A program made the translations under genes and the position numbers. The notes beneath the pieces are model-generated. The model saw only the letters and a list, made by a program, of their open reading frames with translations, was not told where the DNA came from and ran no database searches. A stretch of DNA of 64,000 nt from contig JBCKBR010000003.1 in NCBI GenBank assembly GCA_038911065.1, positions 2,547-66,546 on the forward strand, read 5' to 3'. Below, in pieces: positions 45,356-55,110 of the stretch. The stretch's first letter is position 1. Every line of letters starts with the position of its first letter. Source of the stretch: Gaiellales bacterium (lineage in GTDB: Bacteria > Actinomycetota > Thermoleophilia > Gaiellales > F1-60-MAGs149).

Positions 45356-46534
45356 ATGATGGATCTGAACCTTTCTGCGCACGAGCTGGAGATCCAGCAG
45401 CGCTCCCGTCGCTTCTGCGACGAGCACCTGCTGCCGCTCGAGGTGCAGTGCGACGAGCAGGACGGCCTCACGCCCGAGCAGCTCGCCCCGACCTATCAGG
45501 GCGTCCTCGCCGCGAGCCTCAACGCCGTCAACATGGCGGTGGAGTGGGGTGGGCAGGGCATGACGCTCTTCGAGCAGGTCCTCTCGCAGGAGCAGCTCGG
45601 CCGCTCGACGAACGCGCTCTGGGACGTCGTCTGGCGCCCCGCCAACGTGCTCAAGTACTGCACGGAGGAGCAGCGCGAGCGCTGGCTGCTGCCCGAGATC
45701 GCCGGCAAGCGTCGCTCCTGCTACGCCATCACCGAGGCCGACGCGGGCTCGGACCCGTCGGTGCTCGCGACGAAGGCTGTGCGCGATGGCGACGGCTTCG
45801 TGCTGAATGGCGAGAAGTGGTACGTCACCGTCGGCGACGTCGCCGATTACCAGATCGTTGTAGCCGACGTCCCGGGCGATGGTCCGACGTCGTTTCTGAT
45901 CGACCGCGATCTGGAGGGCGTGGAGCAGTTCCGCGTCCCGCGCTACATGCACCACTTCGTCTACGAGCACCCGATCTTTCGCTACCACGACGTACGTGTC
46001 GGCCCCTGGGCCGTGCTCGGTGATGTTGGTGAGGGCTACAACCTCACCAAGGAGTGGTTCATGGAGGAGCGTCTGATGATCGCGGCGCGCTGCCTCGGCG
46101 GTGCCGAGCGCTGCCTCGAGGACGCCTTCGGCTACGCCTTGGAGCGCGAGCAGTTCGGCGAGCGCATCATCGAGTTCCAGGGCGTGTCGTTCCCTCTGGC
46201 CGAGGCCGTCGCTGATATCGCGGCGGCGCGCGCCGTTACCTATCAGGTGGCGTGGGAGGTCACGCAAGGCAAGATCGACCCGAAGACGCTGCATGCGAAG
46301 GCCTCGGCGATCAAGCTGTTCGCTTCGGAGATGGCCAATCGCGTCGTCGACTCGTGCGTGCAGGTGCTCGGTGGGCGCGGCTATATGCGCGAGAACGCGG
46401 TTGAGCGCTTCTACCGCGACCTGCGTGTCGATCGCATCTGGGAGGGTACGAGCGAGATTCAGAAGGTCGTCCTCGTCAATGAGATGCGCAAGCGCGGCAC
46501 GCACGCAGTCGCTGCGTGGCCGCGGGCGGACTGA
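45356..46534 (+). CDS. Acyl-CoA dehydrogenase (second paralog)
   Basis: 392 aa. ITEADAGSDPSVL and DLRVDRIWEGTSEIQKVVLVNEM. Confidence 0.9.
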   Translation: MMDLNLSAHELEIQQRSRRFCDEHLLPLEVQCDEQDGLTPEQLAPTYQGVLAASLNAVNMAVEWGGQGMTLFEQVLSQEQLGRSTNALWDVVWRPANVLKYCTEEQRERWLLPEIAGKRRSCYAITEADAGSDPSVLATKAVRDGDGFVLNGEKWYVTVGDVADYQIVVADVPGDGPTSFLIDRDLEGVEQFRVPRYMHHFVYEHPIFRYHDVRVGPWAVLGDVGEGYNLTKEWFMEERLMIAARCLGGAERCLEDAFGYALEREQFGERIIEFQGVSFPLAEAVADIAAARAVTYQVAWEVTQGKIDPKTLHAKASAIKLFASEMANRVVDSCVQVLGGRGYMRENAVERFYRDLRVDRIWEGTSEIQKVVLVNEMRKRGTHAVAAWPRAD

Positions 46535-47151
46535 TGCCGCGGGCGTCGGTTGAGGCGCTGCGGCGCAATCAGATCATCAATGGCGCGATTCGGCTGATTG
46601 CGCGTCAGGGCTATGAGGCGACGACGATGCGTGCGCTGGCGGCCGAACTTGATGTCTCGACGGGCACGATTACCCACTGGTTTGCGACGAAGAATCAGGT
46701 GCTGGGTGCTGCGCTCGAAGAGGTTGCCGATCGCGTCGCGCGGCGTAGCGATGACGCGATCGCAGGGCTAACGGATCCACGAGAGATCCTGATTGCGCTT
46801 GGTGATGCTTCGATCCCTGAGGGGCTCGAAGCATTTGAGGAGCAGCGGGTCTGGCTCGAGTTAGCGGCGCGCGCGTCGAGGACTCCCGAGTTGGCGGAGC
46901 GTCACGAGCGTCTCTACGACGCGTGGCGCAAGCGCATGGAGCGCACGGTTCGGGCGGGCATCACGGTCGGCGATTTTCCTGATTTGAATGCGGCTGAGTG
47001 GGCCCGTAGCTATGCGGCGTTGATCGATGGGCTCGCGTTGCATGTGCTGTTGCATCCGGGAGCTGTCACGCCTGCGGCGGCGCGCGACGCCATTCGCGCA
47101 CACGTTGCGGCGTGCTCGCGCCCGAGAGTCCCACGAAGGCGTGCGAAGTGA
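46534..47151 (+). CDS. TetR-family transcriptional regulator
   Basis: HTH region IINGAIRLIARQGYEATTMRALAAELDVSTGTITHWF. ATG 46534 overlaps the upstream stop by 1 nt (TGATG). Confidence 0.88.
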   Translation: MPRASVEALRRNQIINGAIRLIARQGYEATTMRALAAELDVSTGTITHWFATKNQVLGAALEEVADRVARRSDDAIAGLTDPREILIALGDASIPEGLEAFEEQRVWLELAARASRTPELAERHERLYDAWRKRMERTVRAGITVGDFPDLNAAEWARSYAALIDGLALHVLLHPGAVTPAAARDAIRAHVAACSRPRVPRRRAK

Positions 47152-47161
47152 CACTCGGGCG

Positions 47162-48352
47162 TTAGCGGTATCCGTCGGCGAACTGGCGCGCCGTGCGCGC
47201 CGACAGGCCGTGGCCTTGCACGGCAAAGCGCATGGCAGCTGCCTCGAACGTGGGCGGTAATGCTCCGATCCGATCGCCGACGAGCTTGCGGCAGATTGCG
47301 AGGTAGGCCGCCTTGTCCTGGCGTTCGAACCGGATGCGGCGCCCGAAGCGGGCGGCCAGCGCCACCTTCTCGCCCACCGTTTCTGCCGCATCAACATCGT
47401 CGGCTCGCTCGGCGTGTGAGGAGTGCATCAGGTTGAGGCGGTTCGAGGTCGCCCACACCACGACGTTCGGCGGGCGTTGTGCGACGCCGCCATCGAGCGT
47501 GGCACGTAGCGTCCGGTCGAGCCGCTCGCCGTCGTCAATCACGAGGTCGTCGAGGAACAGGATCGTGGGTGGGCCCTCTCCGCGCAGCGCTGCCAGCGCG
47601 TTCTCGACATCGTCGAGCTGGTCGCGCTCGACCTGTACGAGTCGCACGCCCTGCCCGGCGAAGGCGTCGGCACAGGCGCGTACCGCAGCAGACTTGCCGG
47701 TGCCAGGGAGTCCGTAAAGCAACGCATCGTTGGCGGGACCACCATTGACGAAGGCGGCGAGATCCTCGAGCAATGGCGCGCGCTCGTCCTCATTACCGAC
47801 GAGGCCGTCGAGCGAGATTCGATCCGGCGCATCGACTCCGACGAGCTCTCCATCGAGCCAGCGCAGCACGCGATAGACGGCGAGTGCTCCCACGCCCTGT
47901 TTGGCATGGAAGTCCGCGAGAGTGGAGGACTGCTGTGCCCAATCCGACGACCCGGCAAGCACCTCAGCAAGGCCGAATGCAGCGGGCGGCATGGCATGGC
48001 GCACCGCGTCCGACAGGGGTTGCTCACCAATCGCACCGTCGAGGCCGTGTCGCGCCAGCAGGCGCGCCGCATCGCCATGGGCGAGCACGGCGAGCCGCGC
48101 GAGCTCGGCTGCGGCTAGCGCGATACGGGGGTCGTCGACCGCCATGCCTTCGCGCGCGGCGAGTGCGAACGGGCCCTCCGATGCCAGGACGGCAAGCGCA
48201 ACGGCCAGCACGAATGGACGGTCGAGGGCCATGGCCGCCCGCGCAGCTTCGGCAGCAACGATCTCATCGTCAGGAATCTCGGCGAGATCGAGCAGCGGGC
48301 CGATTAGGGCATCCTCGTGCAGATCGGCGTACGCGACGAGCGGAGTCGTCAT
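47162..48352 (-). CDS. DUF815-family AAA-type ATPase
   Basis: 396 aa. P-loop LLYGLPGTGKSAAVRA, Walker B ILFLDDL, then VVVWATSNRLNLM. An extra N-terminal region of about 170 aa has no recognised family. ATGA overlap with the upstream gene. Confidence 0.7.
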   Translation of the reverse strand: MTTPLVAYADLHEDALIGPLLDLAEIPDDEIVAAEAARAAMALDRPFVLAVALAVLASEGPFALAAREGMAVDDPRIALAAAELARLAVLAHGDAARLLARHGLDGAIGEQPLSDAVRHAMPPAAFGLAEVLAGSSDWAQQSSTLADFHAKQGVGALAVYRVLRWLDGELVGVDAPDRISLDGLVGNEDERAPLLEDLAAFVNGGPANDALLYGLPGTGKSAAVRACADAFAGQGVRLVQVERDQLDDVENALAALRGEGPPTILFLDDLVIDDGERLDRTLRATLDGGVAQRPPNVVVWATSNRLNLMHSSHAERADDVDAAETVGEKVALAARFGRRIRFERQDKAAYLAICRKLVGDRIGALPPTFEAAAMRFAVQGHGLSARTARQFADGYR

Positions 48353-49350
48353 GGGCGTTCGTGTTGGGCTGAACGACCTGCATGACGGAGCGCAATGCCG
48401 TTGAGGGCTTCGAGGATCGTGCGCTGTCCCGCCATCGCCGTCACGTCTGCGTGATCGTAGGGTGGCGAAACCTCAACGAGGTCGAAGGCTGCGATATCGA
48501 GTTCGCTTGTGATGGTCCGGACTGCACGGAACAGTTCGCGCGTTGTCAGGCCGCCGGGCTCTGGGGTGCCGGTGCCTGGGGCATAGGCCGGGTCGAGCAC
48601 GTCGATATCGACGGTCAGGTACGTCCGTGGTGCCCGGGCGCGAGCATGCTGAATGGCCTCGCGCACCACATCCATAATGCCGCGATCCTCGACCTCATCC
48701 ATCGTCGCCCACTGCATGCCCTGCTCGCGCATCCACTGGAACAGCTCGGGACCGGGCCAGGTACCGCGCAGACCAATCTGAAAGATGTTTGCACCATTGA
48801 GGTGACCCTTTTCGATTGCGGCGCGAAACGGGGTGCCGTGTGGCGGCTCGCCCTGCTCGGGGATACCCGTATCGGCGTGCGTGTCGAAGTGGATCACCGA
48901 GTAGCCGTCCGCGCCGAACTGCCCGTGCATCGCTTGGAGCATCGCGTGCGAGAGCGAATGATCGCCACCGATCACGACCGGGATCGTGCCCATCGCCAGC
49001 GCGGCACCGGTGGCTTCCACCAGCAGCGCGTGTGAGCGAGGCAGGTTGCTCGCGATCACGTCAATGTCGCCCCAGTCAACGATCTTGAGTTCGGCAAGTG
49101 GGTCGATGCCGGCGTGCATGCTCGGGCGCTCGCCGGTCTGGTTAACGTCCTCGGCCGTACGGACGGCCTGCGGCCCAAAGCGCGTACCGGGACGATAGGA
49201 AACGCCCTCGTCGAAGGGCGCGCCGATGATCACGACATCAGCGGCTGCAACCTCTTCGCGGGTTGACGCCAGCGGGACGCCGCAATAGGTGCGGACGACG
49301 CCATAGAAGGCGTGATACGAGCCGTGGACAGGATCCGTCTGGTCACTCAC
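48349..49350 (-). CDS. speB: Agmatinase/ureohydrolase (arginase family)
   Basis: 333 aa. Mn-site motifs GGDHSLS, FDTHADT and VDIDVLDPAYAPGTGTPEPGG. Substrate cannot be determined (agmatine versus guanidino acids). Confidence 0.8.
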   Translation of the reverse strand: MSDQTDPVHGSYHAFYGVVRTYCGVPLASTREEVAAADVVIIGAPFDEGVSYRPGTRFGPQAVRTAEDVNQTGERPSMHAGIDPLAELKIVDWGDIDVIASNLPRSHALLVEATGAALAMGTIPVVIGGDHSLSHAMLQAMHGQFGADGYSVIHFDTHADTGIPEQGEPPHGTPFRAAIEKGHLNGANIFQIGLRGTWPGPELFQWMREQGMQWATMDEVEDRGIMDVVREAIQHARARAPRTYLTVDIDVLDPAYAPGTGTPEPGGLTTRELFRAVRTITSELDIAAFDLVEVSPPYDHADVTAMAGQRTILEALNGIALRHAGRSAQHERP

Positions 49351-49790
49351 TGCTCAGAGATGTCCCAATCGTTCTGGACCTCGGCACTTGTGGACGCGGA
49401 GATGAAGCAGTCGCGCTCGGCCTTGCCGATCAACTCGCGGGCCTGCTCGGCATGGCCCGCAGCAACCACGACCGTCGGGCGCTGATGTACGTGGACGAAG
49501 GCGTACCGACCATCCTCGACCCGCCGCATCACGGTGCCACCAATCTCGGAGGAGTAGTCGATCACTTCAACGCCCTTGTGTTCGGCGTGTGCGAGGTACG
49601 AGATCATCGTGCACGATGCGAGACTGCCAAGAAAAAGATGTTCTGGGCTCCACCGATCCACTTCGCCCATCGGAAAGTCGGCGGGTGGCCCCGACAGGAT
49701 CGTGGGACGACCATCTGTCGAAAGGGACGATGCGCGTCGCCCATCCCACGCCAAACCAACCTCGTATTGGAAGCGTTTCTGATTCGGCAC
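49347..49790 (-). CDS. OsmC/Ohr-family peroxiredoxin-like protein
   Basis: 147 aa. SPEHLFLGSLASCTMISYL and the second Cys block ERDCFISAS. GTGA overlap with the agmatinase start. Confidence 0.75.
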   Translation of the reverse strand: MPNQKRFQYEVGLAWDGRRASSLSTDGRPTILSGPPADFPMGEVDRWSPEHLFLGSLASCTMISYLAHAEHKGVEVIDYSSEIGGTVMRRVEDGRYAFVHVHQRPTVVVAAGHAEQARELIGKAERDCFISASTSAEVQNDWDISEQ

Positions 49791-49934
49791 AGAGCCATTC
49801 TACTCATGTCGCGGGGAGCGCCGCCGAGTCGCGCCTGTCATGCCATGCTTCCGGCTGCGCGGGGAACCTTCGCCGCAAACGACCGGGCTCCAATCGGATC
49901 CCGACCGAATCGCATTCTCCTGAGGAGACGCACC

Positions 49935-50387
49935 GTGGAAGCCTCGAACACCGAACCCGATACCGAAACTGAAACCGAGCCGACGGCAGAGGCCGCGAGC
50001 GACGCCGTCGAGGCGGTTGCCAGCACCGAAGCAGAGGTTGTAGCTGAGGCAGAAGTCGCCGCCGCCGGTGAGGCTGAGGTCGAAGCGGTGCTGGTCGTGG
50101 ACAACCCGGAGATGGACGTCGCCGGCGTGGCCGCCGAGGAGTACGACGTTGCAGAGGCCGCAGTGGCTGTTGCAGTTGCTGAGGCTCCCAGCGTGGCCCG
50201 CGTCTACATCTGCAAGCACGGTCACCGCACCGTCTCGCTCTGGTCCGTCCCCGAGACCTGCCTGCGCCGCGTCAAGGGCCACATCTGCGGCGAGGCCGTT
50301 GTACCGCTCGCGGACGCCCCGGCAGACGCCAAGGAAAAGATGCTCAACCCGCTGAAGGCCTCCAAGAAGGCCGCGAAGAAGTCGTAA
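49935..50387 (+). CDS. Hypothetical protein: acidic Ala/Glu/Val-rich N-terminal region plus Cys/His cluster and basic tail
   Basis: 150 aa from GTG 49935, preceded by GAGGAG. C-terminal ICKHGHRTVSLWSVPETCLRRVKGHICGE could bind metal. Tail KASKKAAKKS. The upstream part of the 374-aa ORF is antisense to OsmC and agmatinase and is rejected. Confidence 0.5.
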   Translation: MEASNTEPDTETETEPTAEAASDAVEAVASTEAEVVAEAEVAAAGEAEVEAVLVVDNPEMDVAGVAAEEYDVAEAAVAVAVAEAPSVARVYICKHGHRTVSLWSVPETCLRRVKGHICGEAVVPLADAPADAKEKMLNPLKASKKAAKKS

Positions 50388-50653
50388 TGGCGATGCCAGA
50401 ACTGACGGACTCCCGCTCGTTCAATTGGACCACAGCGCTTTCCGATGACGAGTGCTCCCGCATCGTCCTCTCGCCTTCGGGTGAGATGCTCGACGACGGT
50501 GATTGGTACCTCGACGCGACGAGTCCGAATCGCGGCCCGGTGCTTGCGCTCGAGGGTGAGTTCGTGCCGTTGCAGGGCGTGTACATTCGCCGCTCGAAGA
50601 ATGGCGAAGAGCTGTGGGGCCGGTTGACACTTGCCGCTTCCGGCAAGCTCTAG
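50387..50653 (+). CDS. Hypothetical protein (88 aa)
   Basis: ATG overlaps the upstream stop (TAATG). Coding-like third-position G/C. No family recognised. Confidence 0.45.
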   Translation: MAMPELTDSRSFNWTTALSDDECSRIVLSPSGEMLDDGDWYLDATSPNRGPVLALEGEFVPLQGVYIRRSKNGEELWGRLTLAASGKL

Positions 50654-50742
50654 TTGTAGTCGCGCATCTCGGTGATCCGCCGGAGCGCGTTTTTCTACGA
50701 TATGGCGCGTACGAGTTCTGACCCCGAAGGAGTTGCCCCCGC

Positions 50743-51504
50743 ATGAGCACTGCTGCCGCGTTTAGCGCCACCAAGACGGGCACTGACGATGTTGTTGTTG
50801 CAACGGACCTGACCAAGATCTACGGCGAAGGCGATTCTGAGGTCCGCGCGCTCGACGGCGTCTCTGTCTCGTTTCCGAAGGGTCAGCTCGCCGCTGTGAT
50901 GGGCCCATCTGGCTCGGGCAAGTCGACGTTGCTGCACATTCTTGCCGGGCTCGATCACCCGACCTCAGGCAGCGTGATGGTGGATGGCACGGAGCTCTCC
51001 GGCCTCAACGATCAGAAGCTGACGCTGCTGCGTCGTGACAAGATCGGCTTCGTCTTCCAGTTCTTCAACCTGTTGCCGATGTTGACGGCCAACGAGAACA
51101 TCGAGCTGCCAATGAAGATCGCGGGCACGAAGCCGGATGCCGCGTGGCAGGCCAAGCTGATTGAGGCAATCCATCTCGGTGATCGGCTCTCGCACAAGCC
51201 GGCCGAGCTGTCCGGTGGCCAGCAGCAGCGCGTTGCCGTGGCACGGGCCCTGCTTTCCAAGCCAGCCGTCATCTTTGGTGACGAGCCGACCGGTAACCTC
51301 GATTCGAAGACCAGTGGCGAGGTGCTTGCGCTACTGCGCCGCGCCGTCGAGGAGTTCGGGCAGACCGTGATCATGGTCACACACGATGCGAGCGCCGCTG
51401 CCATCGCTGACCGCACGCTGTTTCTGCGCGACGGCAAGATTGTGCGCGACGCAGGGCATCTCTCGGCCGGTGAGATTCTCGACACCATCAAGACGCTGGA
51501 GTAG
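50743..51504 (+). CDS. ABC transporter ATP-binding protein (MacB/LolD/FtsE-like)
   Basis: Walker A GPSGSGKST, signature LSGGQQQRVAVARAL, Walker B VIFGDEPTGNLD. GAAGGAG lies upstream. Confidence 0.92.
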   Translation: MSTAAAFSATKTGTDDVVVATDLTKIYGEGDSEVRALDGVSVSFPKGQLAAVMGPSGSGKSTLLHILAGLDHPTSGSVMVDGTELSGLNDQKLTLLRRDKIGFVFQFFNLLPMLTANENIELPMKIAGTKPDAAWQAKLIEAIHLGDRLSHKPAELSGGQQQRVAVARALLSKPAVIFGDEPTGNLDSKTSGEVLALLRRAVEEFGQTVIMVTHDASAAAIADRTLFLRDGKIVRDAGHLSAGEILDTIKTLE

Positions 51505-51506
51505 TC

Positions 51507-54062
51507 ATGGTTGCTCTCGTACTCCGAGGGCTCGCAACGCGCAAGTTGCGTTCGGCTCTCACCGCGGTCGCCATCTTGCTCGGTGTCACGATGATCTCGG
51601 GCACGCTGGTATTGACCGACCAGATCGATCGCGCATTCGTGCAGATCTTCGAGCAAGGGAATGCAAAGATCGACGTCGTCATCAAGCAGAAGCCGCCGTT
51701 CAAGGACCATCAGACGCCGGTATATCTCAAGTCCAACATCGTCGATCAGGTACGGCTCGTGCCGGGCGTGCGACTGGCAGAACCGTTTATCCAGGCCGGG
51801 GGCTATCTGATCGCTGACGGTAAGCCGCTCGACCAGGCTGGCGGTGCACTCGCCTTCGTCTTTAGCAACCTGCCTGAGTCGCTCAACCCGTACACGCCAA
51901 TCGCGGGCCGCCTACCAACCGCGCCCGGCGAGGTTGCGATCGCCAAGGATATCGCGCAGCGCGGCAACGTCAAGGTTGGTTCGGCGCAGAAACTGGCGAC
52001 GCAGGATGGCATCAAGCCCGTCACCGTGGTTGGGATCCTTGAATATGGTGATGGCTCGACCTCGCTCGGGGGCTCGACGACGGTGCTCGCGACGCTGTCG
52101 GATGTCCAGCAATGGTGGGCGCTCGAAGGACAGGCCAGTGCTATCTATGTGAAGGCAAACGACGGTGTTTCGGCCGACCAGCTCAAGAGCGCGATGCGTC
52201 AGGCGCTGCCGCAGAAGGACCTGACCGTGCAGACGGGTCGGGAGGAGGCCGACGAGCAGGCCGGCGTTCTCAACGGCATCATCGGCAAGCTGATCCGCTA
52301 CGCGTTGCTGGCGTTTGCCGGCGTCGCCGTCCTCGTCGGCGCGTTCATCATCTACAACACGTTCTCCATTACCGTCGCCCAGCGCACGCGTGAGTTCGCG
52401 ATGCTGCGCACGATCGGTGCATCGCGTCGGCAAATCCTGTCGACGGTGATTGGTGAGGCGATCATGATTGGGCTGGTCGCATCGGTGCTCGGCATCGTGC
52501 TCGGCCTCGGCCTCGCTTGGGCACTCGTCAAACTGTTTAGAGCGGTCGGGTTTAGCCTGCCGTCGACAGGGCTGATCCTGTCGTGGCAGACGGTCGTTGT
52601 CTGCCTCGCGGTCGGGGTGGGCATTACTGCGCTTGCAGCGATCTTCCCTGCGCTGCGCGCGACGCGCATTGCGCCGATAGCTGCATTGCGTGAGGGCGCG
52701 ACGCTGCCGGTGGGGCGTTTCCAGCGTCTGTCGCCGTTCGTCGCCACCGTTTTTGCCGTGCTCGGTGCCGCGGGGATGATCTACGGCCTGACGAGCGATG
52801 CCGGTGCGACCAGTCGCCTGTTGACATTGGCGGCCGGAGCGATTCTGGTCTTCATTGCCGTCGCGATGCTTGCCCGCTTCATCGTGCGTCCCGTCGTGCG
52901 CGCACTCGCGGTGCCGATCGGCGCGGTTGCCGGTAGTGTGGGGCGGCTCGCGTCGGAGAACGCGGCCCGTAATCCTGCTCGCACAGCCGTTACTGCGGCA
53001 GCACTGATGATCGGCATCGGCCTGGTCGTATTCGTGACGATCTTCGTTGGTGGGTTGAAGGCGTCGTTTACGGGAGCGATCGACACGTCGTTGAAGAGCG
53101 AGTTCACGGTCAGTGCCAGCGGCTTTGGTGGTCAGCTTCCGACGGGCGTGTTTGCTGCTCTCAAGGGCGCTCCGGGTGTGCAAATCGCATCGCCCATTGG
53201 CGGCACGGCGGTCCAGGTCGACCGCCAGAGCTTCGCTCTGATCGGTGTTGATTCTGCGACGATCACCAAGGTCTATGCGTTCGACTGGACCAGTGGGAGT
53301 GACGCACTGCTCGCGACGCTTGGGACGAATCGAGCGTTGATGGAGCAGGGTGTGGCGACGAGCCTCAAACTCAAGCTTGGCGACACCTTCACGACGCAGT
53401 CGATCAATGGCACGAGTGCGACATTTACTCTCGCGGGTACGTACAAGGACCCAACGCTGCTGAATGGCATCGTTGTCGATCAGCCCGCCCTCGTGCCGCT
53501 CCTGCAGTTGAACGCGACGGGGCTCAACACGGTCTTCGTCAAGGAGGATCCAGCGGCAGATCCCAACACGGTCCAGGCCGACATCGAGCAGGCGCTGGCG
53601 CAATACCCGACCGCCAAAGTGCAGTCGAATGCGCAGCAGATGGAAGAGGTTGCCTCGAGTGTCAATACGATCCTGATGATCTTCTATGCGCTGCTGGCGC
53701 TGAGCGTCGTGATTTCGTTCTTTGGTATTGTCAATACGCTCGTGCTGTCGATCTTCGAGCGCACGCGCGAGATCGGCATGCTGCGCGCGGTTGGTACCAC
53801 GCGCCGCCAACTGCGCGCGATGATCCGTTGGGAGGCGGTCATCACGTCGATTATTGGTGGCGTGCTCGGCGTGGTGCTTGGGATCCTCTTCGGCTGGGCT
53901 GTCTGCAAGGGGTTGGAGAGCGATGGCCTCGTCTTCGTTTTCCCGACGCTGCAGATCGCCATCTTCTTGGCGCTCTCGATCGTGGCCGGCTTATTGGCTG
54001 CGATTCTGCCGGCGCGCCGAGCGGCCAAGCTCGACGTGCTCGCCGCGCTGCAGTACGAGTAG
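51507..54062 (+). CDS. ABC transporter permease with two FtsX domains (MacB-type)
   Basis: 851 aa with two repeats of the FtsX-like 4-TM module (REFAMLRTIGASRRQI and REIGMLRAVGTTRRQL), each preceded by a large extracytoplasmic domain. Confidence 0.88.
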   Translation: MVALVLRGLATRKLRSALTAVAILLGVTMISGTLVLTDQIDRAFVQIFEQGNAKIDVVIKQKPPFKDHQTPVYLKSNIVDQVRLVPGVRLAEPFIQAGGYLIADGKPLDQAGGALAFVFSNLPESLNPYTPIAGRLPTAPGEVAIAKDIAQRGNVKVGSAQKLATQDGIKPVTVVGILEYGDGSTSLGGSTTVLATLSDVQQWWALEGQASAIYVKANDGVSADQLKSAMRQALPQKDLTVQTGREEADEQAGVLNGIIGKLIRYALLAFAGVAVLVGAFIIYNTFSITVAQRTREFAMLRTIGASRRQILSTVIGEAIMIGLVASVLGIVLGLGLAWALVKLFRAVGFSLPSTGLILSWQTVVVCLAVGVGITALAAIFPALRATRIAPIAALREGATLPVGRFQRLSPFVATVFAVLGAAGMIYGLTSDAGATSRLLTLAAGAILVFIAVAMLARFIVRPVVRALAVPIGAVAGSVGRLASENAARNPARTAVTAAALMIGIGLVVFVTIFVGGLKASFTGAIDTSLKSEFTVSASGFGGQLPTGVFAALKGAPGVQIASPIGGTAVQVDRQSFALIGVDSATITKVYAFDWTSGSDALLATLGTNRALMEQGVATSLKLKLGDTFTTQSINGTSATFTLAGTYKDPTLLNGIVVDQPALVPLLQLNATGLNTVFVKEDPAADPNTVQADIEQALAQYPTAKVQSNAQQMEEVASSVNTILMIFYALLALSVVISFFGIVNTLVLSIFERTREIGMLRAVGTTRRQLRAMIRWEAVITSIIGGVLGVVLGILFGWAVCKGLESDGLVFVFPTLQIAIFLALSIVAGLLAAILPARRAAKLDVLAALQYE

Positions 54063-54075
54063 GCGGAGATACCCG

Positions 54076-55068
54076 ATGATGTCGGGCATGAAAGACACGA
54101 TTCTCGTGACAGGAGCCACCGGCTTTCTCGGGCAGGTGCTTGTGCCTGCGCTGCTCGCGGACGGGCACTCGCTGCGGGTGCTCGAGCGGACGCAGTGCGC
54201 CGTGTTCGATGCGCTCAACGTCGAGCGCGTGCGTGGCGATGTTGGCGATCCGGCGTCGCTCGCTGCTGCCTGCAAGGGCGTGGCGCGTGTGATCCACATG
54301 GCCGGGCTCGTGTCCCATGCTGAGGCCGATCGCGAGCGTCTGATGCGCATCAACGTGACGGGTACGGAGAACCTGCTGGCGGCCGCCCGCTTGGCACGGG
54401 TCGGGCGTGTTGTGCACGTCTCCAGCATCGCCGCGGTCGGCACGACGGACGATCCCGAGGTGCCGCTGGACGAGGGTTCGCCCTACTCGCGCACGGCGGC
54501 AGCGTTTCCGTACTCACTGTCGAAACGCCTTGGCGAGCAGGCTGCGTTGGCGGCTGCTGCGACCGGACAGGATGTGGTTGTTGCCAACCCGGGGCATGTG
54601 CTGGGGGCGGGGGATGTCAACGGTATCTCGACGTTCCATATCAAGAAGATGCTGACGGGCGAGCTGCGCATGACGCTGCCGGGTGGCATCAGTTACGTCG
54701 ATGTCAACGACGTGGTTCTTGGCATCCAGCTCGTGCTCCATCAGGGCGAGCGTGGCCGCCGCTACATTCTCGCCACGCCCGACGGCTCGCTCTCGCATGT
54801 CGAGCTGAACCGTCGCGTCTTGCAGATGGCGGGGATCGATCGCCGCACCGTGCACCTGCCGGGTGGTCCGGTGGCGTTTGTGGGCAAGATTGCCTCGAAG
54901 CTGCACATTCCGTTGCCGGTCGATGCCACCGAGCTGGACTCGGCGCGGTATTTCTGGTTCTGCTCCAGCGATCGCGCGATCAGCGAGTTGGGTTACGCGC
55001 CACGGCCGATCGACGAAGCGATTCGTGCCACGATCGACTGGTATCGCGAGCGCGGCGACGTTGCCTAA
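54076..55068 (+). CDS. NAD-dependent epimerase/dehydratase family (extended SDR)
   Basis: ILVTGATGFLGQ Rossmann motif and YSLSK (YxxxK). Start at ATG 54076; the ORF opens at 53854 inside the permease gene. Confidence 0.8.
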   Translation: MMSGMKDTILVTGATGFLGQVLVPALLADGHSLRVLERTQCAVFDALNVERVRGDVGDPASLAAACKGVARVIHMAGLVSHAEADRERLMRINVTGTENLLAAARLARVGRVVHVSSIAAVGTTDDPEVPLDEGSPYSRTAAAFPYSLSKRLGEQAALAAAATGQDVVVANPGHVLGAGDVNGISTFHIKKMLTGELRMTLPGGISYVDVNDVVLGIQLVLHQGERGRRYILATPDGSLSHVELNRRVLQMAGIDRRTVHLPGGPVAFVGKIASKLHIPLPVDATELDSARYFWFCSSDRAISELGYAPRPIDEAIRATIDWYRERGDVA

Positions 55069-55110
55069 GCCAGCGGCCGTGACGAGCGCAGTGGGCGGGA
55101 ACGAGGTCGT

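Noticed and set aside
43793-46504. 903-aa minus-strand ORF spanning both acyl-CoA dehydrogenase genes
   Set aside because: It is exactly antisense to two genes with strong family motifs and crosses their intergenic gap. Its product is Arg/Ala/Leu/Asp-rich low-information sequence, typical of shadow ORFs in high-GC DNA, with no motif.
49263-49934. N-terminal 224 codons of the 374-aa plus-strand ORF
   Set aside because: This part is antisense to agmatinase and OsmC. A GTG with a GAGGAG site at 49935 gives a non-overlapping gene.
51912-53810. 632-aa minus-strand ORF antisense to the FtsX permease
   Set aside because: It is an Arg-rich shadow ORF. The plus-strand gene shows duplicated FtsX modules and TM helices.
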